Shown piece after piece: positions 1 through 10,140 of a stretch of DNA of 64,000 nucleotides (the first letter of the stretch is position 1; each line of letters opens with the position of its first letter). The translations under genes were made by a program, and so were the position numbers. The notes beneath the pieces were generated by a model. The model saw only the letters and a list, made by a program, of their open reading frames with translations, did no database searches and had not been told where the DNA came from. The DNA is from an uncultured Clostridia bacterium (GTDB lineage Bacteria > Bacillota > Clostridia > Christensenellales > CAG-138). The DNA is taken from the NCBI GenBank assembly GCA_947168855.1, contig CAMVNO010000003.1:155474-219473 (forward strand), read 5' to 3'.

Positions 1-1
1 G

Positions 2-238
2 CTGTTCGGGTACGACCGCGAGGACGTGGATAAATACCTGGACGAGCTTATTGTGCAGCTGATGGAGATGGAGCGGGAACGGAAGGAAATGGCGTCCACC
101 ATTGAATACCTCGTTTCCGAGCTGACCGCGCAGGGCGCGAAGGCGTCTAAAGACGAGCGCGTGGTCGGTCCCGTTTCCCCGCACGCCACGGTCAGCGAGG
201 AAGAACGCAGACGCGTACAGGAGACCGAAGAACCGTGA
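2..238 (+). CDS. DivIVA-domain protein, 5'-truncated by the window edge
   Basis: The frame is open to the window start. The translation LFGYDREDVDKYLDELIVQLMEMERE... matches the DivIVA-domain signature (F.GYd.edVD.yLd) followed by a coiled coil. The stop at 236-238 overlaps the next start. Confidence 0.6.
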   Translation: MFGYDREDVDKYLDELIVQLMEMERERKEMASTIEYLVSELTAQGAKASKDERVVGPVSPHATVSEEERRRVQETEEP

Positions 239-2145
239 ACCGGACCCCGCAAAACACCATACCGCCCATTTCGGCGCAAGAAATGAAAGCCCGCGGAATC
301 GCCGGGCTTGATTTTGTTTATGTGAGCGGCGACGCATACATCGACCACCCGAGCTTCGGCACGGCGATCATTGCGCGCGTGCTGCAAAGCCGCGGGTATT
401 CGGTGGGGATCCTCGCGCAGCCGGACTGGCATGACGTCGAGGCGTTCAAAAGCATGGGCAGGCCGCGGCTCGGGTTCCTTGTTTCCGCGGGCAATCTCGA
501 TTCGATGGTCGACCATTATACCGCCGCAAAACGCCGCAGAAGCGACGACGCCTATACCCCCGGCGGCAGGGCGGGCAAGCGCCCGGACCGCGCTGTGATC
601 GTGTACGCCAACCGCTGCCGCGAGGCGTTTCCGCACGTGCCGGTGCTGATCGGCGGCATCGAGGCGAGCCTTCGCCGCTTTGCGCACTATGATTACTGGG
701 ACGACCGCGTGCGGCATTCGATCCTCTACGACGCCGGCGCGGACATCCTGATGTACGGCATGGGCGAACGCAGCGTCGTTGCGATCGCCGACGCGCTGAA
801 CGCGGGCGTTCCCGTGCACGAGATCCGGGATATCCCCGGCACATGCTTCCGGGTCAACGATCCGGGCGAGGTCCCGGACGCAATCATGCTGCCGTCGTAC
901 ACGGAGGTCGCGACCGACAGGCGCAAGTACGCCGAGGCGTTCCGCATCCAGTTTGAGGAGCAGGACGCGATCCGCGGGAAGCGGCTCATCCAGCCGCACG
1001 AAAAGGGATATCTTGTGCAGAACCCGCCGCAGGCGCCGCTTTCGACCGCAGAGATGGACGCGGTCTACGCGCTGCCGTTTACTCGCCGTCCGCATCCGGA
1101 CTACAAAGAGCCGATCCCCGCGATCGACGAGGTCAGGTTTTCGATCACGTCCTGCCGCGGCTGCTTCGGCGGCTGCAATTTCTGCGCGCTGACGTTCCAT
1201 CAGGGGCGCGTGATCTCGGCAAGAAGCCACGAATCCATTCTCAAAGAGGCGCGGGAGATGACGAGGGATCCCGATTTCAAGGGCTTTATCCACGACGTCG
1301 GCGGACCGACCGCGAACTTCCGCAAGCCCGCGTGCCATAAGCAATTGAAGAGCGGCGTGTGCAAGAACCGCTCGTGCATCGGCTATGAGCGCTGTCAGAA
1401 CCTGGAGGTCAGCCACGAGGATTACGTGGCGCTGCTGAAAAAGCTTCGCGCCGTGCCGGGCGTCAGGAAGGTGTTCATCCGCAGCGGCGTGCGCTTCGAT
1501 TATCTGCTTTACGACAAGAGCGACGCGTTCCTAAAGGAGCTCTGCGAGCATCACATCTCCGGACAGCTCAAGATCGCGCCGGAGCACATCGCGGACCGCA
1601 CGCTGTACTACATGAACAAGACGCCGCACGCGCTGTATGAGGAGTTTATCAGACGCTACGAGCGCATGAACGCGCGGCTCGGCAAGAAGCAGTTCGTCGT
1701 GCCGTACCTGATGAGTTCGCACCCGGGCTGTACGCTTTCCGATGCGATCGAGCTTGCGCAGTATCTCAAGAAGACCGGACACCGCCCGCAGCAGGTGCAG
1801 GACTTCTATCCGACGCCGGGGACGGTGTCGACCTGCATGTACCATACCGGACTGGATCCCAGAACGATGCAGCCGGTGTTCGTGCCGAAAAGTCCGCAGG
1901 AGAAGGCGATGCAGCGTGCGCTGATGCAGTTTTTCCTGCCCGCAAACTTCAACACGGTGCGCAGGGCGCTGCGGCTTTGCGGCCGCGAGGACCTGATCGG
2001 AACCGGCAAAAACGCGCTGGTTCCGCCGGAGCGCACGCAGGAATCCGCAAGGCAGGGAAGAAATCCGCGCAACAGGAGCGAAATCCCGCCAAAAAAGGGA
2101 AAACAAGCAAAGAAATCTGTTGACAAACGGCGCCGGAATGGTTAA
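235..2145 (+). CDS. YgiQ-family (UPF0313) radical SAM protein
   Basis: 636-aa ORF. The N-terminus EMKARG..DFVYVSGDAYIDHPSFG and the cluster motif CRGCFGGCNFC are typical of YgiQ. The C-terminal tail is basic. Confidence 0.9.
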   Translation: MNRTPQNTIPPISAQEMKARGIAGLDFVYVSGDAYIDHPSFGTAIIARVLQSRGYSVGILAQPDWHDVEAFKSMGRPRLGFLVSAGNLDSMVDHYTAAKRRRSDDAYTPGGRAGKRPDRAVIVYANRCREAFPHVPVLIGGIEASLRRFAHYDYWDDRVRHSILYDAGADILMYGMGERSVVAIADALNAGVPVHEIRDIPGTCFRVNDPGEVPDAIMLPSYTEVATDRRKYAEAFRIQFEEQDAIRGKRLIQPHEKGYLVQNPPQAPLSTAEMDAVYALPFTRRPHPDYKEPIPAIDEVRFSITSCRGCFGGCNFCALTFHQGRVISARSHESILKEAREMTRDPDFKGFIHDVGGPTANFRKPACHKQLKSGVCKNRSCIGYERCQNLEVSHEDYVALLKKLRAVPGVRKVFIRSGVRFDYLLYDKSDAFLKELCEHHISGQLKIAPEHIADRTLYYMNKTPHALYEEFIRRYERMNARLGKKQFVVPYLMSSHPGCTLSDAIELAQYLKKTGHRPQQVQDFYPTPGTVSTCMYHTGLDPRTMQPVFVPKSPQEKAMQRALMQFFLPANFNTVRRALRLCGREDLIGTGKNALVPPERTQESARQGRNPRNRSEIPPKKGKQAKKSVDKRRRNG

Positions 2146-2163
2146 AATAGCTGTTGGTTCATT

Positions 2164-2688
2164 TTGAGGTTGCATATGGTTGTATCGGTCAATGAAGCAT
2201 TGCGAAGGGTCGGCGAACCGTTCCCGTTCGCATGGGAAGGCACGCTGGATCCCGAAACGTACGCGGGCGATCCCGTCCGGTTTGTCGGACCGGCGAAGCT
2301 TTCCGGAACCTACGTCTACGACGGAAAGACCTTCCGCGTGGACGCGGAGGCAGAGGCTTCGTACGAAACGACCTGCGCGCGCTGCGGAAAAGCGATGGTC
2401 CAGAAGCTCAGCTTCTCGTTTACGGAGCATTTCGTGCGGTCGATCTACAAGACGCCGGACGACGAGCTCTATCCGTACGAAGGCGAAAAGCTCGACCTTT
2501 CGGAAGCGTTTTTCGACAATCTCTTTCTGGAGATGCCGATGACGACGGTCTGCAGCGATACGTGCAAGGGGCTTTGCCCGATCTGCGGCGCCGATCTGAA
2601 CCGGGGACAGTGCGACTGTCAGAAATCCAAAATCGACGCGCGTTTTTCCGCGCTCGAAGCATTATTGAACGATCATAAGGAGGTGTAA
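2164..2688 (+). CDS. YceD/DUF177 family protein (23S rRNA accumulation protein-like)
   Basis: 174-aa ORF immediately upstream of rpmF, which is the conserved yceD-rpmF pair. It carries C-terminal Cys pairs CARCGK ... CKGLCPICGADLN..CDC. Confidence 0.8.
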   Translation: MRLHMVVSVNEALRRVGEPFPFAWEGTLDPETYAGDPVRFVGPAKLSGTYVYDGKTFRVDAEAEASYETTCARCGKAMVQKLSFSFTEHFVRSIYKTPDDELYPYEGEKLDLSEAFFDNLFLEMPMTTVCSDTCKGLCPICGADLNRGQCDCQKSKIDARFSALEALLNDHKEV

Positions 2689-2690
2689 TC

Positions 2691-2879
2691 ATGGCAGTAC
2701 CCAAGAGAAAAACATCGAAGGCGAGAAGAGATTCGCGCAGAGCGAACAATTCGAAGGCGATCGCGCCCAACCTCGTCGAGTGCCCGAAGTGCCACGAGCT
2801 GAAAGCGCAGCACACGGTCTGCAAGAACTGCGGCTATTATGATGGCAGAGAAGTCATCAACATGGAAGACGAGAAGTAA
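2691..2879 (+). CDS. rpmF: 50S ribosomal protein L32
   Basis: 62 aa starting MAVPKRKTSKARRDSRRA, with zinc-ribbon CPKC...CKNCG. Confidence 0.95.
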   Translation: MAVPKRKTSKARRDSRRANNSKAIAPNLVECPKCHELKAQHTVCKNCGYYDGREVINMEDEK

Positions 2880-2944
2880 TTACCATGATTGCCCGTTCGG
2901 AATGACCGGATCGGAGCTTCCCGAGCGGGAGCACCACAAAGTTT

Positions 2945-2971
2945 GAGGGAGTCAGATATTCTGACTCCCTC
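2945..2971 (+). terminator. Stem-loop after rpmF
   Basis: Perfect 11-bp inverted repeat gagggagtcag-atatt-ctgactccctc. There is no clear T-tract. Confidence 0.45.
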
Positions 2972-3023
2972 GTGATATATGTATGTGATCTGCGGCAATG
3001 CCGCGCGATAAAGGAGCAAGACT

Positions 3024-3509
3024 ATGGAACACAAACTCGGACCCGATCTGTGCATGCCCTGCGGGGAGGGGCTTCTGAACATCCGTGTCGGCGCGATCAT
3101 CATTCAAGACGGCAAGGCGCTGATGGTGAAAAGCAAGTTCGGCGACTACTGCTACTCGGTCGGCGGACGGATCAGGTTCGGCGAAACGGCGCAGGAAGCC
3201 GTCGTGCGCGAGGTCTTCGAGGAGACGGGCGTACAGATGGCGGTCGACCGGCTCGGCTACGTCAGCGAGGTATATTTCTATAACGACAGCCCGAAGCTGT
3301 TCGGCAAGCCCGTCTATGAGCTCGCGTTTTATTTCTATATGAACGTGCCGGCGGACTTTGCGCTTACGAGCGATCACCTCGGCGACGGGGATGAGAAGTT
3401 CGTCTGGGTTGCGCCGGACGATCCGAAAACGCTCTATCCGGGTTTCATGCGCGAGGCGCTTCTGGATCCGAAGCCGTACGTCGTCCACGACGTGCGCGAC
3501 GACCGGTGA
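3024..3509 (+). CDS. NUDIX hydrolase
   Basis: The Nudix box GGRIRFGETAQEAVVREVFEETGV (GX5EX7REUXEEXGU) is present. Confidence 0.85.
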   Translation: MEHKLGPDLCMPCGEGLLNIRVGAIIIQDGKALMVKSKFGDYCYSVGGRIRFGETAQEAVVREVFEETGVQMAVDRLGYVSEVYFYNDSPKLFGKPVYELAFYFYMNVPADFALTSDHLGDGDEKFVWVAPDDPKTLYPGFMREALLDPKPYVVHDVRDDR

Positions 3510-3515
3510 TTTTTC

Positions 3516-3544
3516 TTGCATCCCGGCAGGAATTGGGATATAAT
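3516..3544 (+). promoter_or_regulatory. Candidate sigma-A promoter for plsX
   Basis: TTGCAT, 17-nt spacer, TATAAT, located 55 nt upstream of the plsX ATG. Confidence 0.45.
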
Positions 3545-3598
3545 AAATCGGTTTAAGCGATCGGAAGGATCGTATGATTTTTATGAGCGAGGGAAAAC

Positions 3599-4615
3599 AT
3601 GAAGCTTGCAGTTGACGTAATGGGCGGCGACAATGCGCCGCAGGCGGTGCTGGACGGCGTTCTGGCATTTCTGAACGAGAAGGAAGCGGAGGGCGTGAAC
3701 CTGAAGCTGTTCGGCAACGAGGAAGTTTTGAAGGAATTTGCGGCGGCGCATCCGGAACTTGCGAACCGGATCGAGACCGTCTGTACGACCGAGACGATCG
3801 GCATGGGCGAGCATCCGACCGAGGCGATCCGCAAGAAGAAGGATTCGAGCCTTGTGAAGGCGCTCGAAAGCGTGCGCGATCATGAAACGGACTGCTTCTT
3901 TTCCGCGGGCAGTACCGGCGCGGTGCTGACCGGCGCGACGCTGATCGTGCGGCGGCACAAGGGCATCAAGCGCCCGGCGCTTGCGACGCTGATCCCCACG
4001 ACGGCGGGCACGGTGACTGAGATCATCGACTGCGGCGCGAACACGGACTGCAAGCCCGGGTATCTCGTGCAGTTTGCGCTGATGGGTGCGGCGTATCTCG
4101 AATCGGTCGAGGGCGTCAAGAACCCGCGGGTGGGACTTTTGTGCAACGGCACCGAGGAGGAGAAGGGCAACGCACTCGTCAAGGAAGCGCATCAGCGCCT
4201 GAAGGCGGTCGAGGGTCTGAACTTCATCGGCAACGTCGAGGCGCGGGATCTCACGAGCGGCGCGGTCGACGTGCTCGTCTGCGACGGCTTTGACGGCAAC
4301 GTAATGCTGAAAACGACCGAGGGCGTGGCGAAATGGATCGCGACGATGCTGAAAAAATCGCTGATGGAATCGACGCGCGGCAAGCTCGCGGGACTGATCG
4401 GCAAGCCGGCGTTCAATTCGCTCAGGAAGAAGCTGGACTACACCGAATACGGCGGCGCGCCTCTCTTGGGCATCAACGGCGGCATCATCAAGGGACATGG
4501 CAGCTCGGACGCAAAGTCGGTCAAGGTGTGCCTTCTGCAGGCGACACGGCTCGTGCGCGGCGGTGTGACGGAAAAGATCGGCGCGTTCGCCGAGACGCTG
4601 AACATTGAGGATTGA
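3599..4615 (+). CDS. plsX: Phosphate acyltransferase PlsX
   Basis: 338 aa starting MKLAVDVMGGDNAP, with ...FFSAGSTGA... and ...LGINGGIIKGHGSSD. It lies in the conserved plsX-acpP-rnc context. Confidence 0.95.
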   Translation: MKLAVDVMGGDNAPQAVLDGVLAFLNEKEAEGVNLKLFGNEEVLKEFAAAHPELANRIETVCTTETIGMGEHPTEAIRKKKDSSLVKALESVRDHETDCFFSAGSTGAVLTGATLIVRRHKGIKRPALATLIPTTAGTVTEIIDCGANTDCKPGYLVQFALMGAAYLESVEGVKNPRVGLLCNGTEEEKGNALVKEAHQRLKAVEGLNFIGNVEARDLTSGAVDVLVCDGFDGNVMLKTTEGVAKWIATMLKKSLMESTRGKLAGLIGKPAFNSLRKKLDYTEYGGAPLLGINGGIIKGHGSSDAKSVKVCLLQATRLVRGGVTEKIGAFAETLNIED

Positions 4616-4686
4616 CAAGCGCAACCGGTTTGCGGTAAAATAACCAAGTGATCGAATCGTCCCCGCGGGGACGGAAGGGAGTAATC

Positions 4687-4908
4687 ATGGAATTCGAAAA
4701 AATCTGCGAGATCATCGGCAAACAGCTGGATATCGACCCTAAGACCATCACGATGGAGAGCCACCTCGTGGAGGATCTGCATGCGGATTCTCTGGACGTG
4801 GTCGAGCTCGTTATGGACCTGGAACAGGAATTCGACACCGAGATCCCCGATGAAGAGCTGCCCAAAGTGCAGACCGTCGGCGATATTCTTCGTTATCTGC
4901 AGAAATAA
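4687..4908 (+). CDS. acpP: Acyl carrier protein
   Basis: The phosphopantetheine-attachment motif [20 protein letters not shown] is present. I chose the ATG at 4687, preceded by gggag, over the longer 4648 ORF start. Confidence 0.93.
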   Translation: MEFEKICEIIGKQLDIDPKTITMESHLVEDLHADSLDVVELVMDLEQEFDTEIPDEELPKVQTVGDILRYLQK

Positions 4909-4932
4909 GCGGAAACAGGCAAGTCGAACCGT

Positions 4933-4960
4933 ACCCGCACGCAATGAGTGCGGGTTTTTT
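4933..4960 (+). terminator. Rho-independent terminator after acpP
   Basis: Stem cccgcac/gtgcggg followed by TTTTTT. Confidence 0.75.
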
Positions 4961-4971
4961 GGTAATAAAAC

Positions 4972-5661
4972 ATGCTGATCAAGGAACATCTCACCGAATT
5001 GCAAAACCGAATCGGCTACGTCTTTTCGGACGCGGCAAAGCTCAGACGCGCGCTGACGCATTCCTCGTACGTCCCCGGCGACGGCGGCGACAACGAGCGC
5101 ATGGAATTCCTCGGCGACGCGGTGCTGGAGCTGTGCGTATCCGAAGAGCTGTTCTTCCGCTTTCCAAAGATGCAGGAGGGCGAGCTGACCAAGAACCGCG
5201 CGTCGATCGTTTGCGAAAACGCGCTCTTTGCTGCGGCAAAGGAGATCGGGCTCGGCGAATATCTGCTTCTGGGACGCGGCGAGGATGCGAACGGCGGGCG
5301 CGAAAAGCCCTCGATCCTGTCCGACGCGTTCGAGGCGGTGATCGCGGCGATCTTTCTGGACGGCGGACTCCCGCCGGCAAAGGCGTTCATTCACCGGTTC
5401 GTGCTTTCGCAGCTCGATTTCAGCAAGCCCGTGTTTGAAAAGGACCATAAGACGCGGCTGCAGGAGCTGATTCACGCGAGAACGCACGGCAGGCAGGTGA
5501 CCTATCGGCTGATCGGCGAATCGGGTCCCGATCACGACAAGACCTTTACGATGCAGGCGGTGCTTGACGGCGAGGTGCTCGGCGAGGGCAGCGGACATTC
5601 AAAACAGAGCGCGGGACAGGCTGCGGCAGCCGACGCGCTTTCGAGGCTGGAAACAACATGA
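4972..5661 (+). CDS. rnc: Ribonuclease III
   Basis: The RNase III signature ERMEFLGDAVLEL is present, together with a C-terminal dsRBD (..GEGSGHSKQSAGQAAA). Confidence 0.95.
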   Translation: MLIKEHLTELQNRIGYVFSDAAKLRRALTHSSYVPGDGGDNERMEFLGDAVLELCVSEELFFRFPKMQEGELTKNRASIVCENALFAAAKEIGLGEYLLLGRGEDANGGREKPSILSDAFEAVIAAIFLDGGLPPAKAFIHRFVLSQLDFSKPVFEKDHKTRLQELIHARTHGRQVTYRLIGESGPDHDKTFTMQAVLDGEVLGEGSGHSKQSAGQAAAADALSRLETT

Positions 5662-8600
5662 GACTTACAAGACTGGACATCTCCGGCTTCAAGTCGTTTG
5701 CGAAAAAGACCGAGCTTCAATTCGGCTCGGGCATTACGGCGGTCATCGGACCGAACGGCAGCGGCAAGAGCAATATCGCGGACGCGGTGCGCTGGGTACT
5801 CGGCGAGCAGAGCGCCCGTGCTTTGCGCGGCTCAAAAATGGAGGACGTCATCTTCAACGGCACGCAGAAGCGCAAGCCGCAGTCGATGTGCGAAGTCACG
5901 CTGACGTTCGACAACGGCGATCATCTGCTGCCGACCGATTTCGACGAAGTCGCGGTGACGCGACGCATGTTCCGCTCGGGCGAGAGCGAATATGTGCTGA
6001 ACGGGCGCAGCTGCAGGCTCAAGGACATCTCCGAGCTGTTCCGCGATACGGGCATCGGCAAGGACGGATACTCGATCATTTCGCAGGGACGCGTCGACGA
6101 GATCCTTTCGAACAAGTCGGGCGATCGCAGAACGGCGCTTGAGGAGGCGGCGGGCGTCATGCGCTACCGCGTGCGCAAGGAGGAAGCCGAACGCAAGCTC
6201 GAGAACACCGAGCGCAATATGGAGCGCATCGCGGACACCTTAAAGGAGCTCGGCGAGCGGCTGGAGCCGTTAAAGGAGCAGAGCGCAACGGCGCGCGTGT
6301 ATCTGAAGCTTCGCGAGGAGCTCAAAGACCTCGAGGTCAATCTGTTCCTCTATAACAGCGACCGCATGAAGGAGCGTATGAAGACGCTTTCCGAGCAGAC
6401 CGCGGCGCTGGAGCACGATCTTGCGCTGAACGAGGAGCGGAATCGCACGCTCGGCGAACAATCGCTGGAGCTCGAATCCCGGGTGCGCGAGATCGACGAA
6501 CGGGCAAGCGCGCAGCAGAACAAGGTCATCGAAATGCTGTCCGGCGTGGAATCGCACGTCGGCGAGAGCAATCTTCTGATCGAGCGGCGCGAGCACGCCA
6601 AAAAGGAAATCGAACGCATCGGCGGCGAGCGCGAAGGCGCGCAGCGCGCGTGCGAGGAATTAAAAACGCAGATCGCGGCAAACGAGCAGGGCGGCACGAA
6701 CGTCGAAGAGCTTGCGGCGCTGACCGAGGCGATCGCGACAGAAACCGAAGCCCTTCAAAGCATGGATGAGGCGATCGCAAACCGCGAGAAATCGCTTGAG
6801 GAACAGAAGGCTGCGGTCATGGAGGCCATGAACCGCCTTGCCGACGCAAAGAGCGATCTCAGCCGCTTCGATACGATGGCGGCGGCGCTCAAGGACCGTC
6901 TCACCGCGATCGACGGCGAGGAAGCCGAAGCAAATGCAAAGGTCGAAGCGCTGAAGGCGGAGGCGGAGACCGCTTTGAAAGCCGTCGACACACAGGCGGC
7001 GAGGATGAACGAGCACGTTGCGGCGCGCAAGGAAGCGCAGCGCGAGCGGCTTGAAATGGAATCGGATTTCCTTGCCATGCAGGCGGAGCTCAGGATCGCC
7101 GAACAGAACGTCGGCGCGCTGTCCTCGCGCGAGCGAGTGCTTTCCGAAATGATCCGTTCGCACGAAGGCTATCAGAACAGCGTCCGCGCGGTGCTGGGCG
7201 CAGCGGAGAAGGACAAAACGCTGTCGGGCTGCATCATAGGACCCGTTGCAGAGCTCCTGAAAGTGCCGAAAAAGGTCGAAACGGCAATCGGCATGTCATT
7301 GGGCGGGGCGCTGCAGAATATCGTTACAAACAGCGCTGAGGACGCGAAAACGGTCATCGAGTACGCGCGGAAGAACGATCTCGGCAGGGTCACGCTGCTG
7401 CCGATCACGCTGCTCGTGCCGAACCCGCTGTCCGATAAGGAGCGCGCGCTTCTTTCGGAGCCCGGCGTGGTCGGGCTTGCAAGCGAGCTCGTCACCTGCG
7501 ACAAGCGCGTATCGACGGTGGCGGAATATCTTCTGGGGCGCACGGTCATCACCGAAACGCTGGACGCGGCGATCGCGCTGCGCAAAAAGTCCCGGAACGC
7601 GTTCCATATCGCAACGCTTTTGGGCGATTTCCTGTCCACGGGCGGCACGATGACGGGCGGCAGTATGAAAAAGACCGGCTTCTCGCTCCTGGGCAGGGAG
7701 CGCGAGGTCGAGGAGATCAAAAAGCAGATCAGGACCGCGGAAAAGGCGGTTTCCGAAAAACAGGCGGAGATCGAAGCGCAGAAGAAGCAGATGCTTCTGA
7801 AGGACACGCAGATCGACGGGTTCCTGGGCGCCGCGCACGAGGACGAGCTTGCGCTTGTCCGGTTGAAGGAGCAGCACGAGATCATCGAACGCGATCTCAA
7901 AGACGCCGAGGAAGCGGTTGAGGAGCTTATCGACGAGCGCGGCGACGTGAACGAAAGCATTGCGGACATCGCGAAGCGGCGCGCGGCGGCGGCGTCCGAG
8001 GAGGACGATATTCGCCGCAGAAACCTCTTGAGCACCGAGGACATCCGCAGGGAACAGCTTTCGATCGCGGAGGCGAAGAACGCGCGCGAGGACCGCGTGG
8101 CGGCGCTGACCGAAAGCCGCATCAAACTCACCGCTTTGGAAAAGGAAGCGGATGCGCAGCGCGCCGAGCATCACAGGCTTTCGCGCGATCTGGCGCTGAC
8201 CGAACAGCGTATGCAGTCGTTTGAGGCAGAACTCAAAACGCTCGAAGCGTCGGTTGAATCGGCGAATGCGCGGCTTTCCGAGATGGAACAGAGCATTTCG
8301 GGCGAGCAGGCGGAGCTTTCCCGCGCGAAGGAGGAGCAGAGCAAGCTCGAGGCGGAGCGCACGCGGCTGAACGAGCTTCTGAGCCAGTACCGTCGCGAAC
8401 GCGACACGCTTGCGGACGCGTACCGGACGCTCGGCGAGCGCAAGCACAAAAACGAGCTTTCCGAAAGCCGTATGGAGATGGAGCTCAAAGCGAGCGCGGA
8501 TCGCATTTGGGAGGATTACGAACTGACCTACGAAAATGCGCAGGCGCTAAGGCACGACATTGCGATCGGCGCAACGCAGCAGCGGGTCAACGCGCTGAAG

Positions 8601-9218
8601 GGCGAGATCAAGGGGCTGGGAGACATCAACGTTTCCGCGATCGAGGATTACCGCACGGTGTCCGAGCGCTATGAATCACTTTCGACGCAGTACGGCGATC
8701 TTGAGAAGGCGAAGGCGGACCTGTATACCCTGATCGGACAGCTCGTCAAAACGATGGAACACACGTTCGTGACGGAGTTTGAGAAGATCCAGCAGAACTT
8801 TACCGACGTATTCACGGAGCTGTTCGGCGGCGGTCACGCGGAGCTGCGGCTTTCGGACAAGAACGACGTCCTAAACTGCGACATCGACATCATTGCGCAG
8901 CCGCCGGGAAAGAAACTGCAGCTTCTGTCGCTGCTTTCGGGCGGCGAACGCGCGCTGACGGCGATCGCGCTGCTGTTCGCGATGCTGAAACTCAAAGCGC
9001 CGGCGTTCTGCGTACTCGACGAGATCGAGACCTCGCTCGACGAGGCGAACGTGTCGAAGTTCGCAAACTATTTGAAGGCGTATTCGGAGGGGACGCAGTT
9101 CATCATCATCACGCACCGCAAGGGCAGCATGGAGGTGTGCGACACGCTCTACGGCGTCGCAATGGAGGAGAAAGGCATTTCGAGCATCGTCTCGGCGAGA
9201 TTCGGAGAAACGGCATAA
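5658..9218 (+). CDS. smc: Chromosome segregation protein SMC
   Basis: 1186 aa with an N-terminal Walker A (GPNGSGKSNI), long coiled coils, a hinge, a C-terminal LSGGE signature and Walker B (FCVLDEIE). Confidence 0.95.
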   Translation: MRLTRLDISGFKSFAKKTELQFGSGITAVIGPNGSGKSNIADAVRWVLGEQSARALRGSKMEDVIFNGTQKRKPQSMCEVTLTFDNGDHLLPTDFDEVAVTRRMFRSGESEYVLNGRSCRLKDISELFRDTGIGKDGYSIISQGRVDEILSNKSGDRRTALEEAAGVMRYRVRKEEAERKLENTERNMERIADTLKELGERLEPLKEQSATARVYLKLREELKDLEVNLFLYNSDRMKERMKTLSEQTAALEHDLALNEERNRTLGEQSLELESRVREIDERASAQQNKVIEMLSGVESHVGESNLLIERREHAKKEIERIGGEREGAQRACEELKTQIAANEQGGTNVEELAALTEAIATETEALQSMDEAIANREKSLEEQKAAVMEAMNRLADAKSDLSRFDTMAAALKDRLTAIDGEEAEANAKVEALKAEAETALKAVDTQAARMNEHVAARKEAQRERLEMESDFLAMQAELRIAEQNVGALSSRERVLSEMIRSHEGYQNSVRAVLGAAEKDKTLSGCIIGPVAELLKVPKKVETAIGMSLGGALQNIVTNSAEDAKTVIEYARKNDLGRVTLLPITLLVPNPLSDKERALLSEPGVVGLASELVTCDKRVSTVAEYLLGRTVITETLDAAIALRKKSRNAFHIATLLGDFLSTGGTMTGGSMKKTGFSLLGREREVEEIKKQIRTAEKAVSEKQAEIEAQKKQMLLKDTQIDGFLGAAHEDELALVRLKEQHEIIERDLKDAEEAVEELIDERGDVNESIADIAKRRAAAASEEDDIRRRNLLSTEDIRREQLSIAEAKNAREDRVAALTESRIKLTALEKEADAQRAEHHRLSRDLALTEQRMQSFEAELKTLEASVESANARLSEMEQSISGEQAELSRAKEEQSKLEAERTRLNELLSQYRRERDTLADAYRTLGERKHKNELSESRMEMELKASADRIWEDYELTYENAQALRHDIAIGATQQRVNALKGEIKGLGDINVSAIEDYRTVSERYESLSTQYGDLEKAKADLYTLIGQLVKTMEHTFVTEFEKIQQNFTDVFTELFGGGHAELRLSDKNDVLNCDIDIIAQPPGKKLQLLSLLSGGERALTAIALLFAMLKLKAPAFCVLDEIETSLDEANVSKFANYLKAYSEGTQFIIITHRKGSMEVCDTLYGVAMEEKGISSIVSARFGETA

Positions 9219-10138
9219 TGGAGAGCAAAGAAAAGAAAAAAGGCTGGCTTTCCCGGTTGAAGGAAGGCATGCACAAAACGAGCAACTGGTTTTCGACCCT
9301 GTTCAACAAGGACGGCATCAACGATGACTTCTATGAAGAACTCGAAGAGGCGATGATCCTTGCGGACATGGGCATGGAGACCGCGGAACGGCTGCTGGAC
9401 GGACTGCGCGACAAGGTCCGGGCGGAAAAGCTTACCGAGCGCGCAGACGCGAAAAAGGCGCTGGAAGGACTGATCGCGGACGCGGTGAAGACAACAAAGC
9501 CCTTTATGGGCGACGAAGGTCCCGCCGTGCTGCTGATCGTCGGCGTGAACGGCGTCGGCAAGACGACCACGATCGGCAAGATCGCAAACGAATACGCATC
9601 AGCCGGGCGGAAGCCCATGATCGCGGCGGCGGACACCTTCCGCGCGGCGGCGGCGGAGCAGCTCGGCGAATGGGCAAACCGCGCGGGCGTACCGATGGTG
9701 CGCCATCAGGAGGGCGCGGACCCTGCGGCAGTCGTGTTCGACACGATCGCGTCCTATCGCGCAAAGGGCTGCGATCTGTTGCTCGTCGATACCGCGGGGA
9801 GACTCCACAACAAGAAGAACCTCATGAACGAGCTCAACAAGATCCGCCGCGTCATCGCGCGCGAGCTTCCGGACGTGCCTTGCGAGGTACTTCTGGTGCT
9901 CGACGCCACGACCGGGCAGAACGCCGTGGCGCAGGCGGAGGCGTTCCTTGAGGTATGCGAGCTGACCGGCGTCATTCTCACCAAGCTCGACGGCACCGCC
10001 AAGGGCGGCGTGACCGTGCAGATAAGCGACATGCTCAAGGTCCCGATCCGGTTCATCGGCGTGGGCGAGGGCATCGACGATCTCAGGCGCTTCGACGCGG
10101 ACGACTTCGCGGCGGCGCTTTTGGAAACGGAGGAATAA
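9218..10138 (+). CDS. ftsY: Signal recognition particle receptor FtsY
   Basis: SRP GTPase motifs GVNGVGKTTT, DTAGR and TKLDG are present. The ATG at 9218 overlaps the smc stop (TAATG). The upstream extension to 9137 lies inside smc. Confidence 0.93.
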   Translation: MESKEKKKGWLSRLKEGMHKTSNWFSTLFNKDGINDDFYEELEEAMILADMGMETAERLLDGLRDKVRAEKLTERADAKKALEGLIADAVKTTKPFMGDEGPAVLLIVGVNGVGKTTTIGKIANEYASAGRKPMIAAADTFRAAAAEQLGEWANRAGVPMVRHQEGADPAAVVFDTIASYRAKGCDLLLVDTAGRLHNKKNLMNELNKIRRVIARELPDVPCEVLLVLDATTGQNAVAQAEAFLEVCELTGVILTKLDGTAKGGVTVQISDMLKVPIRFIGVGEGIDDLRRFDADDFAAALLETEE

Positions 10139-10140
10139 AG

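Noticed and set aside
9137-9217. N-terminal extensions offered by the ORF track: ftsY from 9137, sigma from 10318, anti-sigma from 10596, rseP from 16287, udk from 61796, MATE from 61351, M20 from 40694, acpP from 4648, dtxR from 23176, amidase from 56038
   Set aside because: The extensions overlap upstream genes or repeat arrays, are compositionally aberrant, and bypass internal ATGs that have proper RBS spacing and family-typical N-termini.
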